Shown here: positions 28,495-46,759 of the stretch, one piece after another
How positions within the stretch are numbered: position 1 is the first letter of the stretch
Layout: each line of letters begins with the position of its first letter
Assembly (NCBI RefSeq): GCF_009914755.1
Contig: NC_060930.1
From: the human T2T-CHM13v2.0 reference genome, Homo sapiens
Direction: 5' to 3' (one strand)
DNA length: 64,000 nucleotides
Position numbers and translations under genes: made by a program
Notes under the pieces: model-generated
The model's input: only the letters and a program-made list of their open reading frames with translations
Databases searched by the model: none
What the model was told of the DNA's origin: nothing

Positions 28495-30191
28495 ATCTTT
28501 TACAATTTAAAATTTATTTATTATCCATGTAAGGAGAATAACTGGTACACTCAGCGCAGTTCTGCATATATATAGGCCATAAAAGGAAATGAAGCTTGCG
28601 TGACACTTTCCGTGAAAGCAATAGTACCGAACTACAAATCAAACTGCATCTTAGCCGATCTCCTGAAGAAGAGGAAAAGCCTTGCCAAATGCGTCTTCCC
28701 AGCAGGATGCAAACCTCCTTCAGCAAACACTGAGTAAATCTGGGAGTGCTGAGACATAGTACAATGCGAGTTTTCAGTGTAATTGAAAAAATTGAAAAAA
28801 TTGAAAAAAAAATAACTAAATTAAGATTTTCGACTGTTTTCAAGGACAGTACTGAGGCAGCACGTTTGCAGAGTGATATTTTTCAAAAATGCTGTAAGAA
28901 ACTATAAAATCAGCTGGAGATATTCTGTTGAAATGTGTTTTTCTACAAAGCAGAGTCAAAAATCACACGCTATGTAGTACACAAATAAAGTGGAAGCTGT
29001 CGATACACGTATAAATATAAAGGATTTTTGCTTACACAAAAAATATTCCAATGTCCCAATATGCAACATTGCTGAACAAATATGGAGCTAAACAAGTGGC
29101 TTCTAATGAATTATTCTAATAAATTTTACTCCGATAAATTACATACTTAAAATATTATATTTAAAAACAAACTGGAGAGCTGTAGAAGAAACCCTATTTA
29201 TCCTCATGTGAAGTTTGAGATTTGTTTGTAATTTTTTTTAAATTAATGCAGGAGAGAAGTGCGTCGTTGAAACAACCACCTCGAGTAAAACAGCATTTCT
29301 TCTCACCACACAACAAAACAAAAACCCCACTTGCTGCATTTCAGTTTAGAATTTATTGTGTTCACTTTAAGCAGGGAATGTATCAAAACTCAAAATTTAG
29401 CAGACGTTTTAATGATTTAAGAACTATTATAGAAAATACTTTTTTTCCAGGAATAAGTTGCTATATCTTAATTACTAAGTAACCCCAATTCCTATTGCTT
29501 TTAGAACTTCCCAGTTTGCTTCAGAGTTCAACGGCCCAGTGTGCAAAACTGACTCGTGAATTTTGTAGGTGATGTGGATTCACCCTGTCTAGCAGGAGTC
29601 TGCAGCACTGGCTGAAAAAACTGTTTCTGTGGTGCCTGATGAGAGACTTATGCTTTTGGCAATTGCATACTTAGATACGTCACCCTGTAGAGCCTTCACT
29701 GCTTCCCAATCCACCCCTCACTCCCACCTAATCTCTGACCAGGAGTAAACCCTAAGATGAGCTTAGAGGCTCCTGTGGCTAAGGGCAGTGAAATCCACTA
29801 AAGTGTGTCAGGGCTGAGAGAATATCGGAATTCTGCAACTGTGCCCCAAATTCAGGATTCTCTACTTTCAGTTCATCGTGGCTTTTGTGGAGCAGGGCTA
29901 CACATTGTGGGTAATCTGTGGGGTTTCAGTTACCTATTGCAAGACATTGTTTACTCTTCTCACTCCATGTCCTTTATATGGTGCAGTAAAACTCTAGTGG
30001 GGGCTGCTGGTGCTGGGTGTTGGCGGGGGCCTCCTACCCAGCAGCTGCTGCTGCTGAGCTCTGGAAGTTTGCTATGGGCCATGGATTGGGTAATGTGTGT
30101 CTAGGTTCTATGTAGGAAGGCTGACCACTTCCACCTGGAGCCATAGCTCAGGAAGGAGGCAGATGAAGCAGATGAATAATCACCAGCGTGT
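28495..30191 (-). pseudogene. UBQLN1P1: Ubiquilin-1-like processed pseudogene, copy A (3' half of CDS ~30191-29470 plus long 3' UTR; lacks UBL)
   Basis: Minus-strand translation GSGQPSYIEPRHTLPNPW, LQ*VTETPQ, ENPEFGAQLQNSDILSAL, LATGASKLILGFTP, LNSEANWEVLKAIG matches UBQLN1; intronless; AATAAA at ~28513-28522 on the minus strand. Confidence 0.9.
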
Positions 30192-30974
30192 CTGGAAAGA
30201 GTGAGACACTCTGGAGACTCAAGGGACAGTGTTGGCGATTTATTGGAGGTTTGCAGTGTCACAATAGGAGGGTGTTTCAATAGGAGGAAAACATGGTCCA
30301 ATTGAAGAAAGGGCCAGAAGGAAGAAAAGAGGAAGATGGGCTCCAGTGCTAGAAAAGAGAGACCAAATACAGTCGAAAAAGCAGAGAAATGTATTTTTCC
30401 TCAAGTTCTTCTGCTGTCACTTTCACTGCAGATCTCAGCTTTGCTCTTCCAGAGTCCCTCCTTTGGCACTGCACTGCAGCCCTCTAGCCGACCGAGGGCG
30501 GCTCCTGTTCTCTCTGCAGACTGCACATCCCTGTCCTCGCTCAGCGCTCCCCATCTGCTGTCGCTCCTTCCAAGTGCACGAATACTTAGAGCTTAATCCC
30601 CGCAAACCTAGTTTGCGTGACAGTGCCCCAAGCCGGGAGACCCACAGCTCCTTTCCCTCTGGACCTCTAACTGACCTGCAGCAGCGGGCTTAGTACTCAG
30701 CTCAGCACGCTTCTGGTCTCTGGTTCAGCCTTCTCTCCCACCTAGGCCTATGGAGCTACTCCATCTCAGGCTTCTGCTCTTGTCTGGGGTGCGAATCGTA
30801 GTGTGTGGCCACTTCCCCAGCTCAGATCATCATTGCCTGTCCCTGGGATTTCTGCCAAAATTTCCCAACACATTTCTTTGCCTTCAGTCTTGTTCTCCTC
30901 CAAAGACTGCCTGCAACCAGAGAGGTCTTTGTAAAGGAAAATGTCATCTGTCTCTCTCCTACTTCAAAACTTTC

Positions 30975-31335
30975 ATGGTCCACATAATCATCTCGATTGA
31001 CACAGAAAAGCATTTAACAGAATTCAACACCCTTTCTGATAAAAACATTCAACAACCTAGGAATAGAAGGAAACTACCTCAACACAATAAAGGCGATATA
31101 TGAGCAGCCCATCACTAACATCATATTCAAGGAGAAAGAATGAGGAAGGCTTTTTCTCTACCATCAGAAACAAGACAAATATACCTATTCACCACATCTG
31201 TTCAACTTAGTATTGGAAGTTCTAGCCAGAGTAACTAGGCAAGAAAAATAAAGTAAAACACCCAAAATGGAAAGGAAGAAGTAGAATTATCTTTGTTAGA
31301 AGACAGCATGATCATATATGCAGAAAACCCTAAGG

Positions 31336-31378
<43 letters not shown>

Positions 31379-33025
31379 GAAGAGAGAGAGAGAGCACTAA
31401 TAAACAAATTCAGCAAAGTTGCAGGATACAAAATCAATATGTAGCAGTCAGTTGTATTTCTATACCATGCCTTGCAACATGGTGTTTCTTCTAGTCCTGA
31501 AGAGGCAAGTTGACCCAGTCCAGGTAGAGCACCGACTTAGAAAGAGAAAGAAGGAAACAGCTGAAAAAATCTGAGAAGGCATATCAACTTGTGAGCCAAA
31601 TATAAATCATAATGTGTGTTAGATTAACGAAATGTACTTTCTCATAGTAATACAGTATTTCTAAGTTCTGCTCAGATACTGTTACTGTGTATGTTTCTAG
31701 AAAACACAGCCCCAAATGTGCATAGTCTTGAATACAAAAGAATCAAAAGCCATCAATATGTGGTATAAATCCTTAAAGCATTTTAATTGCTAAAAATACA
31801 TGCCAAAGTCACAGTAAACAACATTGCTCTGCAAACTATAAGATATAAATAATTTGCCTCTCTATAATAATTTTACTCACAAATTACTACCTGAGTAATC
31901 TCGTTAATCGTCCCTAATCTCATCCTAATCCCCAGAAACTGTGAGTGTTGCCTTATTTGGGAAAAAGGACTTTGTAAATGTGATTAAGAATCTTGAGAGA
32001 GATTATCTTGGATTTGCTGGGTGGGCCCAATATAATCACAGTGGTCCTTATCAGAGGAGGCAGGAAGTGTCAGAGTCAGAGGAGAAGGGAATGTGATGAT
32101 GCCAGGAGAGACTGAAGTGATTCATTTTGAAGGTGGAGGAAGGGCTTACAAGCCAAGTAACATAAACAGCCTTAGAAGCTGGACAGGATTGGGGAATGGG
32201 TTCTCCCCTAGAGCCTACAGAAGGAACCAGCCCATCTGACATCTTGATTTTAGTCCACTGAAAGTAATTTTGAGTGAACTGAAGTCCACTCAAAATTATT
32301 TTAATTTGCTGATTTCAAGAGCGGTAAGTGAATACATATGTTTTATATTAAGTCACCAAATTTGTGGTAATTTGTTATAACAGCCATAGGAAACTAATGT
32401 ACTACTTTGGTAGTCTGGAAGACAACCCTTCCAAGGATATCCATGTCAAATCCTTGGAACATGTAACTATTACTTTATATGACAAAAGAGTGAATATTAC
32501 TTTGTATGGCAAAAGATATGATTAATTTAAGAATGTTGAGAGGATGAGCTAGCCTGGAGTATCTGGGTGAGCCCTAAATGCAATGACATGTATTTTTATA
32601 AAAGACAAGGAGAGGGAATTTTTAAAAACTTTTATTTTAGGTTTGAGGGTACACGTTGAAGGTTTGTTACATAGGTGAACCTGTGTCACAGGGGTTTGTT
32701 GTACAAATTATTTCATCACCCAAGTATTAAGCCCAGTACCCATAGGGAATTTGAGGTTCACAGACACACAGAGGAGAAGGTGATGTGAAGACAGAGGCAG
32801 AGATTGGAGTGATGCAGCCACAAGCCAAGGAATGCCTGCAGCCACCAGAATATGACAGATGCAAGGAACTGATTCTCCCCTAGATCCTCTGGAAGGGGCA
32901 TAGCCCTACTGAGATCTTGATTTGGGGCTCCTGGCCTCCAAGGTTGTGAGAAGATAGATTTCTGTTGTTTTAAACCATCAAGTTTATGGCAATTTGTTGC
33001 AGCAACCACAGGAAACTAATACAAC
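30975..33025. mobile_element. Nested cluster between ubiquilin copies A and B: L1 ORF2 fragment (~30975-31465, with (CA)n 31339-31375), MLT1-type LTR pieces (~31900-33022), antisense L1 3' fragment (~32620-32745)
   Basis: L1 gacacagaaaagcattt...gcagaaaaccctaa; MLT1 gatgtgaagacagaggcagagattggagtgatgc...gaaactaataca. Confidence 0.7.
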
Positions 33026-33059
33026 TATCACAATCTAATGTTTAAAAAGCAATTAATTG

Positions 33060-35040
<1,981 letters not shown>

Positions 35041-37490
35041 ACCCAGAAGTAGCCAGTACCTGTTCAATGCCAGAAAAACCTGGCCAGGACATGCCCTTCA
35101 GTATTGAGGGACACAGTGGCAGCTGTGGTGAGAACTGTGGAAACCAGCATAAAGCTGAATTATAAATCAGTATATGTGGTCCAGTACAGACTGCTTCCAG
35201 GCTCTCTGTGGTCACAATCACAATTAGAATTGGATTATAATTAAATCCAAGTCTCTCTGAGCATTATATTGTCACAGTCTATCACTGTCTCTAGAGGAGA
35301 TTAAATAAATATTTTTGGATCTATCATTGATGCATTATCAATGATTTTGTAAAGTAAATTATGAAAACCTAAAAAAATGTCTCCTGGCTATTTATCCTTC
35401 ACTTGCCAGTCACTATGATTGTCTCTTCCCATTTTCCTGTTCTTCTCAGGGTGTTTCTGGGACCTTCAGTAGAAATTCTCAACTCCAGGTTTTCAGCTGT
35501 TTCTGCACAGAGGACATAGTCCTGTCCCAAACTCTCTAGTGTCACACACACACACACACACACACCCCGTCCTGAGACCCCTTCCTTTCTCTCAAGTTTC
35601 TGGGATCACATCACATGTCCCAGTGGTTGTACCTCCAGGATTTTGAAGTGTCTCATCTCCTCCTGCTTTCCTAAGGAGAAAGGATGGAGGAAAGGAGCCT
35701 GGTCTCTTCAGGATTTTTTTCATATTTAGGCCCTTCTAGCCTGGGAATGAAAGGACACCACACATTAGTGAGCAATTATGGAGGCACCAAGAGACGTCAT
35801 CCAGCAACTGTGCATGGGAGGGAGGTTCAACAGGAGGACCAAAGAGCCAGATCATAGAAAGGATCACGAGAAAGGAGTGGGGGAGCTAGCAGGTTCCCAG
35901 TGGCAAATCAATTACAGAGTAGACCAAATGCCTGCAAGTGTGCAGAGGTTCTGAGCCAGGGGTTATTGTCTTGTGCATCTTCTAGCTACTTTGGATTTAC
36001 CTTCCCCTACATGACTCCCACAACCTTTAGCTGCTGCACATCTTGTTGAGTGACAACCTGCAATTCTACTCTACTCTGGGCTCCACACTGTGTTGCCCAC
36101 CCCGTCCTAGTGCCAGAAACATGGAAAATCCCAGCCCAGGGGCTCCCTTGTTCACTCCCATTCTGCCCCTTCACTGGGGTGTGCAGGTGTTAGACCTCTC
36201 CTCTGCTCCACAAGTGGGAGCTTCAGGCTTTCCCGACCCTGCCCCCGAGCCTTTGTAGCTGCACCATCTCTAGTGCCTGTCCTCCTGGATCCCAGCGTAG
36301 TCTCCACAGCCCTAGATCTTGTCACTCTTTCTGTTGTTCAGAGTTCTTCAAAATCTCCCAACTCATTTTATTGCCTCCAGTCTTGCTCTGACCCAAGCAA
36401 GACTTGGGTCAGTGCCCTACAATTGCAGGAATCCTGCTGAAACAAAAATCCACTTTTGTTTCTTTCTTACTTAAAATATTTTAATGACTCACTATTAACC
36501 TCAGGATAACACCCAAATTCTTAACCAATTTTCCCAACCCTGTGTGAACAGGACCTTGCACACTTTTCCAATTTTCTCTCTCTCTCCTCTTGCACTAGCC
36601 AGTGATTCTGCTTACAGTTTCACAAACATGCTGCAAAGCCTTTCATTTTTTGGTCGGACTAGGTGTTCCCTTTGCTTGGGTCTGCCTAATTCCTGCTTTT
36701 TTTTTTTTTTTTTTATACTTGGATTCCTGTTGGAAGTTTAGCCTGCTTTCCTGAAACTGGCTTTGCTCTTCCTCCTTTCTTTTCTCACAGATCCTTTCCT
36801 TCCTTCTCAAAGCACTTTTTGTAGTAGCTTCTATTCATCTGGCTCATGTATTTCTTTCTCACTACACTGTAACTTCAGAACATAAATGCCTATGTTTATG
36901 CTCCTCACTGTTCTATTTTCAAGGAGGAGCACAGAAGCTGGCATATTCTGGGCCTTCAAGCTGTATTTGTTGGATAGATGAAAAATAGGGATTCTTACAG
37001 TAACAATGCACACTGAGAGTGTCTCTCCATAGTGAGAGTTCAAGAGACAACACATACAAATTTAAAAAAAATTTACTTTTAAAATGTGTAACATTAGGTA
37101 TGACACTAAAAAAGGTGTCCATCTCCCCTACTGGACACCAGGATCAATGAAGACAGCTACACTGGCTTACTTACTTTTCCCTCAAACAGTCTACGTTTGA
37201 TCCCTGTTTGTTGAAATAGTGATTCACATAAAATGGATGAGAAAATGGAGACACAGAGAAGTGAAGGACTCTGTCTAGAATCACACAGCTGTCAAACTCT
37301 CGGGCTTAAGCCATTTCCATGCCTCTGCCTTCCAAAATGCTAGGATTACAAATGTAAGTCACCACACCAGCCAGCATCATATAACTAATTTGTTATTGCT
37401 TAAAAAGGAAAAAATGGAAAGTGAGCTGATGGAGAATGAAATATGGACAGAGGAAGATGATGGGAAGCTTTGAAGGGCTGCCCTTGACTC

Positions 37491-37545
37491 TGTGTGTGTG
37501 TGCGTGTGTGTGTGCGTGTGTGTGTGTGTGTGTGCATGTGCGTGC
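37491..37545. repeat. (TG)n/(CG) microsatellite
   Basis: Read directly from the sequence. Confidence 0.95.
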
Positions 37546-37599
37546 CCCTTATTCTCTCTTAAGCTACGTCTAACCTCATAGGGATCACTGGGGTCCCTG

Positions 37600-37870
37600 T
37601 CAGCCACAGCCACACACATCCACAGAAACCTTGACCTATTGACAGATGTAAGAGGGTGGCCTTTGAGAGTTCTGAATCCCTACCTCATAGGATTCTGGAT
37701 ATCTGGACACTTTCTTCTTACGCTGTTTCTGCATCGACCTTAGGGACTGTGTTTGGGGTGTTTCCTGCACTCATCTTGTGATAGAGTTCTATTTGCTCCT
37801 CAGATGGCCTCTTTTCCCTTGGAGTGGAACCGTGGCTATCAGGGTCTTGGGCCGAGCATCCATGAGTGAC
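37600..37870 (-). pseudogene. Probable third, highly diverged ubiquilin fragment (UBL only)
   Basis: [10 protein letters not shown](fs)TPREK vs UBQLN1 [32 protein letters not shown] vs [23 protein letters not shown] vs KILKDQ. Confidence 0.45.
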
Positions 37871-38184
37871 TGTGTGAGTTGCTAGAAGCAATCTTATACT
37901 TTCATAGCCACCCCACACTTCACAGTGATACTCATCTCTAAGAAATTATTCAAATTAAGAGAGAAAGCTACACATATAAACAATTGATGGACTTGATTGA
38001 TTAACATGGAAAAGCATTAACTTTCCAGTTTTCTGCCTCTCACTGGAATTTTATCCCTACACTTTGAACTCATTTCAAACTTCTGGCTTAACTAGGAATT
38101 GCTATAGTCAGGCTATTCTAGACAGCTCCTGTGAGCCACTAGGATTCAGAGAATACAACACATCTTTTCCAATTTAAATATGTA

Positions 38185-40030
<1,846 letters not shown>

Positions 40031-40269
40031 ACATAAAGGTCTAGCTGGATCAGTGGGCTTCTAGGATCCTTCTTCAGTAATACTGAGGTAAATAGCACAA
40101 ACCATGAGTTTACTCTTTTCATAATCCATGACACATCACACTTAATATTTGCTGAGTTTAAACAAGTCTCTTAAACACATCACTAGTTTACATCAGCTGT
40201 GGAATCTTTGCTTTGTCAATCAGGGGTCAACAAGCCCATCTACACTTGCCATCATTAACTAATGTGCAG

Positions 40270-41681
<1,412 letters not shown>

Positions 41682-42409
41682 TACCTTTCTATTATCTTAA
41701 AGTCTCCAAATGGTACCACCATCTCAAGGTGCAATGGCTGTAATTTAAGCAACGACTTTGCGGGGGTGATGGAGGGAGACAAAAAGAAATGACTGGAAAG
41801 CACTTCTGATTCCATGCCCTGTCCCTGGTGTCTGGCCGTCTTGGACTCTAGGCTGCAGTTTCTCTCCTACATAAACCCAGTCATTTCTGAGTCTCCAAGA
41901 GTGTTTTATAGGATTCATGTCCACTTCTTGGCTCTGTCATCTTCTCTCTACCTTGTCTTATAGCTCCGCGCTTACATTTTCTTCTCACCTACTGCTATAG
42001 TCCTGCCTTGATTCTTCAGCCATTGTCCTCTTTTTACCTTGTGTATGCTTAAGCCAATTCTCCAAGAAGAAATTCCAGATGGCTCTTTATTGCTGTTTGT
42101 TTGTTACTATTTTTTATTTGGCTGAAGAGTTTTCAAGATTCTTAACTTTCTATTTTTAAAATTTTAGTGTACAAATAATACATGCTCAGAGTTGGAAATG
42201 AAATCATCACAATATGTATAAATATATTTTAAAATATCTTCTATCTCTAAATCTATGCCCACTTTACTAAGGTAATTTATGTTATCAATCTACTCTCTAT
42301 GTGTCTACTTTCTCCATTTTCATACAAACATAGGCACCTATATTAAGTGTTGAGTGTTTTTACTTTGTAGCTTTTTTTTAGCAAAAGTCCTCAAATTTTA
42401 TTTGTAGTT

Positions 42410-44800
42410 TAATCATTTTACAACAACTTGAGATATAATTTACATATCATAAAATTCACACATTCATTATATACAAGTCAGTGGTTTTTAGTATATTCAC
42501 ATAGTTGTGCCAACATTATCATTATCAATTCCAGAACATTTTCATCACCCCACAAAAAACCCCATACCCATTGGCAGCCACTCCTCATTTCCTCTCAACT
42601 CCCCTAGCCCTAGGCAGCCACTAACCTGTGTTCCATATCTACAGATTTGCCTATTCTGGAAATTTCACGTAAGGGAAATTATACGATATGTGGCCTTTCG
42701 TGTCTGGCTTCTTTCACTTACCGTAACATTTTCATGGTTCGTCTGGGTTGTAGCATGTGGCAGTACTTCACGTCTTTTTTATTACTGAATAATATTTCAT
42801 TGTATGGATATATCACAATTTGCCTATTCATTTATTAGTTGATGGACATTTGGGTTCTTTCTATTTTGTGCTATTATTAATAATGCAGCCGTAAGCATTT
42901 GCGTATAGGTGTTTGTGTGGACAGATGTTTTTGTTTCTCTTGGGTATGCTGTATACCTAGGAGGGGATAGCTGGGTCATATGCTAACTTAGTGTTTGACA
43001 TTTTGAGGAAGTGCTGGCCTGTTTTCTAAAGGGGCTTCACCTCTTTATATTCCCACCAGCAGTATATGAAGCTTCCAGTTTCTCTGCATCCTCATCGGTG
43101 TTCATTATTATCTTTTTATTGTAGCCATTCTAGTGGGTGGTTACAACTAAGGGAAAAAATCAAACTTTAAAGAATTAACTTAGTTTTATTTGGAAATCTT
43201 ACTGAGGACTATAGACGGAGGCCTACAACCCAAGAACAGCCCTTTAGAGAGGCTCTATCAGACTGTACCAGCTCAGTATTTCAGCCCACTGCTTATATTA
43301 TAGGTGTTCTGTATTGCAACATCACATCACACTTGGTAAGAAGTTACATTAAAGCAGAATCACATCAAAGTTTGGAAGCAGGAATACGTCCAGTGTAGAT
43401 TACAGAAGCATGATCACTATGCCCGTCAGACATTATCTTATGTGCAGGGAAAAGCAAGGGCATTCATCTTTTAAGGAATATAGTGGCTTAGGCAAGAGAC
43501 GTTGGGGGCTGTGTGCTTTATCCTGTTTTGTCCTCAAAGCATCTTTCCAGAGAGTTGCACATCCTCACGATGAACTAGGAGGATGTGCAACTCTCACAGG
43601 GACTTTGTGAAATTATGCTGGCAAGTAAAAGTCAGCTTCTGACATTTACTACTTTGTCTCACAGTGTGAAATACTATCGCATTGTAGGGCCGATTTGCAT
43701 TTTCCTGATGGTTAATGATGTTGAACATGTTTCCACGTGCTTATTGGCCTTTTGTATATTTTCACTGGAGAACTGTAAATCCAAATCCTTTATTTTTAAA
43801 TTTGATTATTTGCCTTTTTACTATTGAGTTATAACCGGTTTTATATATTATAGACAAAATTTTCTCTTTTACCATATGTATGATTTGCAAAAATTTTCTC
43901 CCATTCTGTGGGGTTTTTTTTTTTCACTTTCTTGATGGCATCTGTAAACATACAAAAGTTTTTAAATGCGATGACGTCCAGTTTATCTTTTTCTTCTTTT
44001 TTTGCTTATGCTTTTGGTGTCACATTTAAGATTAGGTGCCTTTACTTAATCCAAAGCCATGAAGATTTATGCCTATGTTTTATTTTCTTTCTTTCTTTCT
44101 TTTTTCTTCTTCCTCTCTTCCTCCCTTCCTTCCTCCCTCCCTTCCTTCCTTCTTTCCTTCCTTCCTTCCTTACTTTCTTTCCTTTTTTTTCCTTGAGACA
44201 CAGTCTCACTCTGTCACCCAGGCTGGAGTGCAGTGGTGCAATCACGGTTCATTGCAGCCTCAACTTCCTCAGGCTCAAGTGATTCTCCCACCTCAGCCTC
44301 CTGAGTAGGTGAAACTACAGGTGCATGCCACCACACCCGGCTAAATTTTGTATTTTTTGTAGAGACAGGGTTTTGCCATGCTGCCCAGTTTGGTCTACCA
44401 ACTCCTGGGCTCAAGCAATCTGCCCACTTTGGCCTCCCAAAATGCTGGGATTACAGACATGAGCCATCGTGCCTGGCCTGTTTCCTTCTAAGAGTTTTCT
44501 AATGTTAACTCTTTCACTTAGGTCTTTGATACATTTTGAGCTACTTTTTATATATAGTTTCAAGATTTTCATTTTTCATTTTTCATTCATTGATACTGTA
44601 TAGAAACACAATTGATTTTTATATTTTGATTTTGTATCCTGCCAATGTGATAAAATTCTTTAGTTGTAATGCTTTTTTAAAGTAAATTCTTTTGGATTTC
44701 TATGTATAAGATCATATCATCTGTAACGAAGGTAGTTTTACTTCTTTCTTTTCAATTCAGATGAGCTTTATTTTATTTTCTTGTTCATTGTAGCAAAAAA
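42410..44800 (-). mobile_element. Old L1 (L1MB-like) 3' region split by an LTR-like insert (~43138-43665) and an Alu with (CCTT)n tail (44085-44478)
   Basis: L1 sequence breaks at gccattctagtggg and resumes at gtgtgaaata; Alu consensus. Confidence 0.75.
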
Positions 44801-46759
44801 TTCAACTATTCTATTTATAATGCCCTGTTACTTGATGTTTTTTATTTATATTGTGAACATCTCACCAATTTCATAGAGAAAGCTTGAGCTCATCATTTTA
44901 AACCCTAATTCCATAGTATTTTGCATGCAACTGCTTCTCTAGTGTAAATATTCAGATGGTTTCCTTTAGTTGTCACTACACTGAATGTCCACTGCACAGA
45001 CATCTTTACACACATATCCTTACAGCCATCCCAGAGTTTTCTGATTTCCCACAGCACTACATGATAGTGGTTAATCTGATGATCTAACTGACTAGCTAGG
45101 CAGACTGACTGACTGACAATCCCATTGCTTCTGTATATAAAGTCAGTAACTACATTTGGAACTCAGCTTCTCTAGGCCCAGCCACGCTTACTTTCCTAGT
45201 CTTAGAGGTTCCCTCTCTGCCTCTAAATTTCTCTGTCCCTGAAACCACCCTTGTACTCCAGCCCAAGAGCGCTTGCAAACAGGTAGAAGGTATCATCTGG
45301 AGAAGGTAAGTAAGAGACTTATCTCCATTCCCTTCATATCTAATTACCAAATCTTCCATCTAGCTCAGTCAGGTTGAGTTGAAAACATCTTGACTTTAGT
45401 CATTTAGCCACTGAGCACATCATAGCTCTTTTCATACCTCAGTCTTATTCAAATATTTAATTTATCAAGCTCACTTATAAATGCCAAGCCTCTCATTTGG
45501 CCACCTCTGACCCTACAGCTCCAAAGCCCCTCCCATTTTGAGAACATGCTCTTGCCAGGCCAGTCTCCTCATTGCCCCCTGATTATCCATCACTCTGTCC
45601 GTTTCTGCGCCTTTGCTCATTCTGAACTTCTTGTCAATTCTCAAGTGTCAGCAGCCACCTCTAGTTGCAACAGAGTGGACTTTGCTTAATCTTATTGCCC
45701 TCTCAACCTCTCTAGGGCATTCTATAGGTAGAATCCTCCTTTTTGTGGTCCCTAAGTTGGCCTGGATATTACACTCTAAAGTCTAGAATGCAGTCATGCC
45801 AAATCCCACGGAGAACCTTTTATAAGTAACTATTTCTGGCCCTCTCCTAGGCCTACAGAATCAATCTCCGGAAGCAGAACACTTCACTCTTAAAAATTCT
45901 TGGGGGATTGTGAGCAGCTAGTCAATGGATCTGGGGTTGGTGTCCACCATACCACACTCCAAGTCCTCCTAGTTTCTGCTTTCCTCAGTCAGTTAATCTG
46001 CGAGCTACCTTGCTTCTCATCCTCTCTTCTGTGAGAGGTCAGGCACCATGTTCTGGCAGTTTTCCCAAACATTCCTCTACATTCTTAGCCCCACTGGTCT
46101 CCCCTCACTTATGGACCTTTTATCATTTTATCTAACGGATAAAGGTTTGTGTTTATGTTCTTGCTTATGCTTCCTTCCATCCCTTCCAAATTTTAACCTT
46201 CGTATATGCATTTATTTAACAAGTATTGACAGCTTACTAATTGGAGGAATTGCATTAGGTGCTATGATTCAATTTCCCCAAACATGTTTTTCATATTCTT
46301 ATATGTATTTAAAAAACCACTGCATCGGGGTGACAGAATAAGGTTTTAAAATTCTAATATTAGACTGTCCACTACATTGTCTCAGTCTATCTTTCTGTTC
46401 AGTCAGTTAATTATTAGGATAAGAAGATACCATCAATCTGATTTTTCCCCCATATTTTTAAAGGAGAGGAGAGAGAACAATTTGGAAGGTCAAGAAGTTG
46501 GTATGCCCAGGAGCTCACAACTCTCACCTTTGGGGTTTTATGGAATATTTTTAGGCCTTATTTATTTATTAGTAAAAAAAAAAACAGAATAATGAGTTCT
46601 TCTCTGACAACTGTACAGGATTGTAAGGATCAAGTGTGTTTATGTGTATGAAGCACCATGAATATTATATATAATGTAATTGCAATAGAATATATATAGA
46701 AGTAGAAATCATATTTTGAAATAACAAGTGGCAGAAATATATATTGAAAAATATTAGTG

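Noticed and set aside
29805-30104. Plus-strand 99-aa ORF
   Set aside because: Antisense to ubiquilin copy A; no independent coding signal
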